In this document: in pieces, positions 55,501 through 64,000 of the stretch
How positions within the stretch are numbered: position 1 is the stretch's first letter
Layout of the letters: each line of letters starts with the position of its first letter
Assembly: GCA_000934665.2 (NCBI GenBank)
Contig: JYFJ02001944.1
Location: forward strand, 1 to 64,000
Direction: 5' to 3'
Source: Catajapyx aquilonaris
Lineage: Eukaryota
DNA: 64,000 nucleotides
Program-made: the position numbers and the translations under genes
Notes under the pieces: model-generated
Databases searched by the model: none
Told to the model about the DNA's origin: nothing
What the model saw: the letters and a program-made list of their open reading frames with translations, nothing else

Positions 55501-57614
55501 TACTACCCAAATAATTCTGCTGACCCACTCATTAAAATGTGACGGATTTTCAAACGTTTTTCCCGCCCAAATTCTTATCGTCATATTTAGTCATCCGACT
55601 ATTAATAGTGAAAAAAGGAAGTTGAGTTGAAGGCAATCTCTGACTTCCTACCAAAACTTCGTCTTGGCAGGAAATTTGGGGAGGGGGGGAGGGGGAGGAC
55701 TATGACCTTACACGAGAGGTTTCGTAATGACCCGAAAAATTCCTTTCTCTTGGAGGTCTAGACAAAAGGGCAAATATTGGCACGTAGTCAGATCGTGAGG
55801 TCATCTCCTTCCCTTTTTTCATGAAAACTAGAAAAAAAAATAGTTACGCATTTTTTTGGGGGGATACATCAGACAAGCTCAACCTCACATGACTTCGAGA
55901 TATAAGGGACACATCATTTTCAAACAACATCTGGTTCTCTCAAGTGACAAGGGAAGCATTCACTACTGCATGGAAGGAGATAACGTAACTTTATATCTAC
56001 CCTAACTATCTTCTGGGTCTAAGTAGTCCTCAGAAAAAGAAAATGTGTGGCCCAAGGAACTTATGACACGCACATGGTTAGTCCCAGCAGCAGGCGAAAT
56101 AATATCACAGCATATTTCTGTACATGTCGGATGTACAGGGTGAGTCAGCAACCGTTGAATTCTTCTTCAGTGTAATATCCTGACATGTGACACTTGCGAA
56201 TTCCGAGACAAAAATGGCTCGTCAGTGTCTACATGATGACGTGTACATTGCTTCTGTAGGGGAATGGTTGCTAGGGAAGGAGGTTTCACGCTCTGTTGCT
56301 CTTCTCCTGTTTCGAAAACTACATCAAAGGAAGGTTCGCATGAAGGGGAGAATCCACAACATTACGGTCATTTATCGCACCCTTCCCTTTTCCCCAACCC
56401 CATCACATTACGAAATTGAATATGCACACATGAGGGGAAAAGGGGGGGTGAAAGTTATTGTACATGTTATTCGTTTATTAAAATCAAATTCTGACCAGTT
56501 GACAGGATGCGGGTATACACACGGGAGAATTCAACCAATTTCAACCCCTGCCAGTCAGGTGTCGAAAAGAGTAACGTAGCAGAAGCTCAAATTAGCCTCC
56601 TAGTGCGCACCCATATTCACGCAGCACAATGGAGCTGCGCGAATGTGGGTGCGCACTACGTCCTCTCTTGGAGGCTAAATTGGGCTACCTTCTTCATTTC
56701 TGCGACTGTGCAGATTGACCAAATAAGCAGTGCTTTCTAGGGTACGGATTTTTGTTTACGCTCATATAGAAAGCTCTGAGCGAAAGTGACCATATGCGCG
56801 TGAAAGTGAGTAGGCCTACCAATTATCACTTAATTTCGCCCTCACGTTTTTTTTTGTCTGCGTTTTATAATTTCACTCCCGATAATAATAATTGTAGAGT
56901 TCAATCCTCTGCAGCACCTTAAACCCTACTTTCGAACACACATCCCTGTGAATTCAAAAACCACCCCACGCAACTCAGTTTCCGCCAAGATCCTTCCGGC
57001 ATCTTCTTTTTTCTTTCAATCCCTTCTTCATTCTTTATACATTGTTGTGTGTGGGGGTCTCTAACTCCCTTCAAAAGAAGAGACTCGTGTTTGGCTCTCC
57101 TACTTTCAGTCACGGTCTGCTGTAACTCCGTGCTTACCTTGAACGGCCCCCTTTTCAGCATTGTCTCTTTCTATGTCTTTTGTGGACACTGCTATAGTAG
57201 CAGCAGCTCTTTGCTAAATTACAGCCTCTTCTTCTTCTTCTTCTTTTTTTTGAATTTTTTTGGCGGGGGGAAGATACCGGAAGTTTCAGCGGAAGTTGAG
57301 CTGACAAGCTGTGATGACGTCAGTTGGAAGTTAGGCTGAGCGTGGCCTTGAGATTTCGGGCAATTTCAATGAGATTCAAGCATAGCATATAATCATAAAA
57401 TAACTTAATAAAATATTACAAAAGATAATTAACTTAATAGCTAGCTAATAAAATAACGAAATAAATAACTAAAATAACTATAAGTAAAAAATTAAAATTA
57501 AAAATACAAAACTGATAAAATAACTAAACAGCTAATAAAATAACTGAAATATCTAATAAAATAACTAAATAACAATTAAAATGAATAACTAAATGAAATA
57601 AAGTATAAATAATA

Positions 57615-57812
57615 CAGGGTGACTCTAATAAGTCAGGATACATCTAGGTAATTTGACTGTATTGTTGGTTTTCAGCTGTACCAACTCCCAAATGCGAACA
57701 GTATGAAGTTCTACTTTACTGACTGACAACAATCTGCCAGTTGGCACAATTATTGGAAACCAACAATATACCATCCAATTACAGATAGCATCCTGACTTT
57801 AGAGTCATCCTG
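57615..57812. mobile_element. Tc1/mariner-type MITE
   Basis: TA|CAGGGTGACTCTAATAAGTCAGGAT...ATCCTGACTTTAGAGTCATCCTG|TA, with long imperfect TIRs, TA on both sides and no ORF. Confidence 0.8.
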
Positions 57813-60800
57813 TATAATAAGTATAAATAATAATATAATAAATACCGGATTAAACTGACAGTAGCCTACAACAATGTCAACAGCACGTGCACTAGTTTAC
57901 TCAACAATTTTTGCGACATTTTCTCGCGTGCTCAGATATTATACAAGGTGCAAGATCTCGACCTACTTGTTTCTTTTTGCACAACACGCGGAAGGTGTCT
58001 AGTTCGAAGGGAAGTGTAGCTCTACATTTTTTTTTCTGAACCGTATGAATCATCCTGTACCTGCACTTCCCTCAAGGTCACGGAATTGCGAATAAATGTC
58101 GTGATTCAATGTCCTGCCCTTTTACAGGCCCCGCAATCTACCAGACCGTGTCCGACCCCGCATACATTTTGACGATTTGTTCATGTTTCATTCATGAAGG
58201 ATGAGACTTGTTAAGTCGGGATCACCCTGTACTTAGTAAGAGCCAGCTGCTTGAATTTCTCTCTTAGTCAAAATAAAAGGAGGCCATTTTTGTAACCGGA
58301 GGCAATTTTCTTAATCTTTAATGGGAAAGCTGCGCCCTTGATTCAATTTGTCTGAAGCCCACGCACCCTTCCCACACTGAACTCACTGTTTGTCCCACAA
58401 AATAATGCAGGGTACAGGGTATGCAACAATGAGACACCAAGGACAGTTCCCCGGACAAAAATGCTCTCAATATAAATAATAAAAGGGGCCGACCTCGTTG
58501 ATGTCACACACACAACAAACGATGTTGCATAACCATGTCCAATCAAGACCAATCACGATTCAATCGCGACAAGATGCAACGCGTTTCCTGCGTAAAGTGC
58601 TCGAGCATTTATCGGCAATCTGCAATTGAAAGTGATACATATGCAGTGATCGCAAATAATTGTAAAGGTCAGTTCGGTTTGAGTTTATAAACGAATCTAT
58701 TGTTATGCGGATAAGCCTTGGAGAGAGGGTGACATTATAACTGTTAGTAGAGTGACACCCAAAAATAGAAGTTGTTCCTCCCACGAAGGAGCATGGAAGG
58801 GAGCCAAGACAACAATACGCGAGTGTAATTTTAGGATTGTGTAGTGCTTTTAATTATATAAGAGAAGGGTCAATCCCCTCCAGGTTTTGACCTGCATTTT
58901 AGCAGTCAAGTTGAAGGAACCGCTGGGCAACCGAATTTTTATGGGCACAGTTACTTTCCTAAAGCATACAGCGTAACAAAAGTCGGCAAACATTATTCGT
59001 GGATTGTTGACCAACAAAAAAAGAGAGGCGGATGATGTTTACCAGTGGCTTTAAAACCTCTTAAGAAGTGAAGGGCATCTGGCTTTTACAAACGTCTATT
59101 TTTACTCCGGTACAAAATGACGGTATACAACAATGGCTTACAACAATATGATTAAAGGCAAGGTTGACTATCAGTCTGGTGGTGGAAATTTATTTTTAAA
59201 AAAGGGCATAGTAACAGTTACAATTAATTACAAGTCAAGTTGCCAATTCTTGAAATAAAGATTATTTTAAACACATGCCCAAATAAATAATTATTAACTA
59301 CTGCTCAACGCTGGTTGTATTTAAATTTGGTTTTGCCCAGTTTATATACTGATAAAATGTATTACATAACATGTGCGTGATGTATACAAAAAGTTTCGAA
59401 TTAGCAGACAATCGACCTTACATTACTAATTGAAGGTCGAACTACTTTGAACCGAGTTGAACAGTGCTTGTGCAATTGAACGAGGTGCAAATTATTGTCA
59501 CACAAATCACGGACTTGAAGACAACAAGTGCCATCCAAAATGTTCAACAATATTATGTTAACGATCATCTCATATTAATCCAATCACCTGTCAGGTAACG
59601 CATCGATAAATGTGCTGCAATTATGATACGATCTTGCGCGTAAACGTATTATTAAAACGGCTAACGTTTCTGCAATTACACTGTACTGATTACGCGACAG
59701 TACCGGTCAGGTTATCGGAGCACCCTAAAACCACTTAACGGTAACTTAATCATTATGCCTCAATTGGCACAATTCGCAAAAAAGCAAAACCGTTGCAATG
59801 AAAAAAAAAATGTGCGTTGAGCCACGCAATATTTCAAGACATTAATGAGTCCTCTTTCCCTCCAACTGATTAAATCGGGGCCCCATTCTCGCTCATCAGA
59901 ATTGCTTCGCATAAAGCTTCGGTAACAATATCAGACCCTGCACACACTCTTATAATTTAAATCAAAAAACGGCGGCACGTAAGCCGATTTAAGCGTAACA
60001 TATAGGGAGAGGGGCGCGCAACCCCTTTTCCTCTCTGCGAATCCAGCTTAGCAACGTGCGTATTTTTCTACCCTTCCACATTATTAAACTCTCTCCCTCT
60101 CCCTCTCCCCCTCCCCCTCCGTATGACTCACCCCTTTGGTTGATTAATCAATTACGCTTGCCAAGCACATCTCTTATTCCCCAGCATGCAGCTTCACAAA
60201 TGTGACACCGTACAGAGGGAGGGGGAGACATACCTGCACTGCATTGCTAAACACGTTCTTCACTGACTCAGCTGTGTCCAGCTGTGTGAAAAAAATTATC
60301 AGTCATTTTATTTTATTCGGCTATTTCATTTAGTAGTTTTTATTTATTTATTATTTAGTTATTCATTCATAGATGTTTATTAGTTAATACTGTATTAGCT
60401 ATTTATGGGCAATTTTCAATTTATTAGTTATATTATTGGCTATTTATGGGCAATCTATTAGTATACTATAAGGTATTGGCAATTTAATAGTACTTTATTG
60501 GCTATTTATTAGATATAGTTATTGGCTATAATAAATAAATAGCCACTAAATTACTAATAAATTGCCAATAGCTAATAACTGCTAAAACGAATAAATAACC
60601 GAATATAAAATAATCGAATAAAATGTACTAAATAACTGAATCAAATACCGGTACGTATACTAAATAACTGAATAAAATAGAAAAAGATAATAAATAACTA
60701 AATAATCAATAACTAGCCAACTAATAGTTATTGGCTATTTATTAAGTTATTTATTGACTAGTTATTAGCCACTTATTCGACATTTATTAGCTAGTTATTC

Positions 60801-60864
60801 GAGATTTAGTTAGTTATTTATTATTTTTATATTTGATTGTTTTATAATTATTATATTCTATTTA

Positions 60865-61079
60865 CGCAGTAAACTGTAAAGCGCCATAAAGTATTAAAAG
60901 AGAATTACTTTAATGCTCTTGTGATGCTCTTGTAATGTTTTTTTGTTTGCTAAAAAGCAACTAAAACATTAAAGGAGAATTACAAAGGCATTAAGAGAGC
61001 ATTACAAGGGCATTAAAATTGATGCTCCATGGGAGAGGCAGTATAGTGATGCTCTTTTAATGTTCTGCGGTTTACAGTG
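60865..61079. mobile_element. Degraded MITE-like inverted-repeat element
   Basis: The left end CGCAGTAAACTG...TTAAAAGAG matches the reverse complement of the right end CTCTTTTAA...GGTTTACAGTG; flanked by TA. Confidence 0.5.
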
Positions 61080-61174
61080 TATAGTTATTTATATTTAATG
61101 AGACAGTTAGAAGGCCATAGTAGAACATGATTAATTTTTAAATAAAATAAATGAACTGAGGGGAGCAAAAGGAT

Positions 61175-61268
61175 TGCCCCAGGTGAGGCTCGAACTCACA
61201 ACCCCGGCATAGCTCAGCAGCATACTGACTTATAAGTACCGTGCGCTAACCGATTGCGCCACTGGGGC
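61175..61268 (-). tRNA. tRNA-Ile(TAT) with a 20-nt intron (61230-61211)
   Basis: GCCCCAGTGGCGCAATCGGTTAGCGCACGGTACTTATA[intron]ATGCCGGGGTTGTGAGTTCGAGCCTCACCTGGGGCA; stems and A/B boxes are intact and a TTTT terminator lies just downstream. Confidence 0.96.
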
Positions 61269-61913
61269 ACCTGATGTAATGAGTACCTCGCAGTGACAAT
61301 GCCTCTGCAGCGCATGACTTCATGAGGAATATATACAGGTCACTTTACGGCCAGATTTTTGGCGATCAGTAGCGAAAACTGGGGAATAACGAGGAAAAAA
61401 ATTGCACTTTAAAAAACTGCATCATTTCATACGTGCTTGCATTATCAGTTATAATAATTGCACCTGAAATCTATATATTTTTTTGCGTAATATTTTGTTG
61501 ATTTTGATTTTAAAGATCTGGTAGCCTACTTCTTGGCGGTCGGACCGTTGAAGGGTCGGACACACATAGAAGCACATGGTTGCGCACTTGGACGTTACGT
61601 ATCTTATACTTAGCGGTATTAAATTGTACCAACATTAAATGAATGTTAACAAACGGACTAACACACCCTCTTATTTTCATAGCAGACTACATGCTACACG
61701 TGGTAGTACTGTATTATCCAGTTAGCATATGACGAAAGGCATCGGAGAAGCGAGACGGTAGTCGAATCGTAGATATTGACGTCAGGAAAAAAAAAGCACT
61801 GACTTTCACAAATTAAATTTATGAATTAAATTCCATAAAGGAGCCTCTAATAGGAAAAATGACCAATAACATAAAAATAACAAAATAAAATAAAAAACAA
61901 CATGGGAAAAAAA

Positions 61914-61987
61914 TGCCCAAGTGAGGCTCGAACTGACAACCCCGGCATAGCTCAGCATACTATAAGTACCGTGTGCTAACCGATTGC
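61914..61987 (-). pseudogene. Decayed tRNA-Ile(TAT) copy
   Basis: Same sequence with the 5' acceptor strand missing, the intron shortened to 12 nt and substitutions in the stems. Confidence 0.85.
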
Positions 61988-62257
61988 ATATGCTTTCTCT
62001 CATGCCCCTCACAATAATGATACGGTCATGTCAAAATATGATTAAGCGGAGTACACGCTCTCATTGCCTAGCCGGAGCTTCAAAACAAAACCACGATGCA
62101 ATAAAACAAGTGCGATGTCATTATTATTTGGATCCCCCCAAAAATGCGGGCAAAGTTACATAATTACAACTGCCAACTTTATTAGTGTTGTCATTAATAT
62201 CGTGCATTGTCAGCCACGTGTGAAGAGAATTAACGCTCCACATCTCCCAATATAACC

Positions 62258-62269
62258 CTCTCTCTCTAG

Positions 62270-62304
<35 letters not shown>
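62258..62304. repeat. (CT)n microsatellite
   Basis: Interrupted CT run. Confidence 0.9.
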
Positions 62305-62305
<1 letters not shown>

Positions 62306-64000
62306 AAACTATACATTATGTGAGTCAATGGATCAATTTCTGTTGGTGCCACCACGTCGTATATGGGCTTGGTTGTTGTCCCACCATGTGAGTCACAAAA
62401 ATCATTATTGAGCACCAAAACCTCACCAGGATCACAGGCGCCACGTGGTTACTCACAATGCACAGAAAAGGGGTTAGTCAACTTCCATAATAAATCTTGT
62501 ACACTCACAATAGGATCTCCATAAAAATATTTTCATATTGAACCACAGTCTACATAAATATTACCTCATTTTTTTGATGTTCAAGTGGGTATGTAATGGC
62601 CACGAAGCCAAAATATGGACAAACAAACAAGAAAACTAGCCTTTCATAATATTGTAGATAAATAAATAAATATTACAAATATTATAAAGGCCTATAGTTT
62701 CTTTTGCAGATTTGGCTTCAAACCCATTTGAACATAAACAACGAGCAAATATTTATGCATATGAATTTTTAACGAGCGCAATGGAGTGCGCATCCACATT
62801 GGTTACTCCCCAGGTGACAAAATTAGTAGTTAATTAATTATTAAAAATTAATTCGGACTCATAGCCATATTCATCTCCCAAGCATAGCGCTGGAAATAAG
62901 TACAGCGCTTATTTACCAGTCCCTCCACTATACAGAGAGCTATCATTCATAATTCCAACCGTGCAAGCTGCGCGAACTGTGGTGCGCACTCGGTTGCACT
63001 CGTCAAAAAAAAAACAAATCGACTAATTTTTCATCATTTTAGAGTCCAGGTTAAATCTGAGTCAGGGTCAACTCCCCAAGTGTGCTAACGACAGACTGAA
63101 GGTCTTCCAACTCTTCCCAGCCCACTAGTTCGTAACAAGCAGATTACAATGTCGCCTTGTGGTCACCATATAGCGCCCCCCCACACTATAAAAGGTGCGC
63201 GTCCTTCACGGTCGCAGGTTTCTTACCCGATGATCTTGAAGATTAAACCCAAGAAAAAACCATCAAAGTCAATCGAATTGTCAACAACCAGATGTGCTGG
63301 ACCGGACACAGCAAAAAAAAAAAAAAAGTGACCATGACCAAAATTTTGTGTCGTGAAGTTGTACTTGAATCATTCTCACAATTGCTCAAGACCGTAGTTT
63401 CAAACAATGGCGCTAATTAAATAGTAGGAACCTGCAAAAAAGAAAAATATGGGGACTGTGGCGTGTTTCACGTGGGAAGTGACCGTTTCGCAATATTCCC
63501 ATCCTATGGGTCAAGATCCAGATAATACATTCTAGGAAACAAAAAAAAAAGACATAGGGTTTAGCCTGCGCTACTGTGCACACAAGAAAAAAAAGAAGGG
63601 GGTCTGGATTGAAGATAATAGTTTCATAAGCAGCTTCCTGCCGCTTTTAATGTCATAATTAGCACACTGAAGTTCGCACTTCCGCAGTTTTTGCGCTCTT
63701 CTTGGGAAATAATTTGCCATTAATTCAAATTAACACATAATAATTTTTGACTGATCGGTTTGTAATCAAAACATGACTGGGGATACGTTACAACCTTCGG
63801 TTAACTTCCATGGTTTAAATCTCACTTGGCAATCACCTGCTTCCGATCCCAAGTTAGGAGAGGGTGTGTTTCATAATAAGGAAGTAATCATCTCGCAGTT
63901 TACTTCCATCCTTTGACTCTTTGGCATTACGCAATAGGCTCTACCACCCAAACTCCATCTACCAAGCAAGAACAGTCTGTTCCACTCCGTTTAACATAAA

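Noticed and set aside
60300..60850. AT-rich inverted low-complexity tract (similar tracts near 16900-17340, 54100-54250 and 57390-57610)
   Set aside because: Degenerate TAA/TTA-rich sequence with no definable unit or ends.

Overview
Eukaryotic, intron-rich genomic DNA with many 50-90 bp introns, most consistent with an arthropod. No prokaryotic systems or CRISPR arrays are present. I assembled spliced gene models by hand from GT-AG sites and reading phase. Left to right: an intronless divergent ionotropic receptor running off the left edge (missed by the ORF track); a large NompA-like PAN/ZP membrane protein with about 12 PAN modules; LDAH; a NET1/ARHGEF3-type RhoGEF with two candidate first exons; TMEM243; a tRNA-derived SINE; two tandem, diverged serine palmitoyltransferase small-subunit-like genes that each carry a minor-spliceosome (U12-type) intron; a coiled-coil protein; a Src-like tyrosine kinase with an N-terminal hydrophobic segment and no SH3/SH2; an unknown acidic protein; and a secreted acidic protein with three tandem CS-alpha-beta (defensin/scorpion-toxin-like) motifs. 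The last 14 kb is gene-poor, with AP-1 motifs, MITEs, an intron-containing tRNA-Ile(TAT) and a decayed copy of it. Family calls rest on motifs I recognise, not on database searches.
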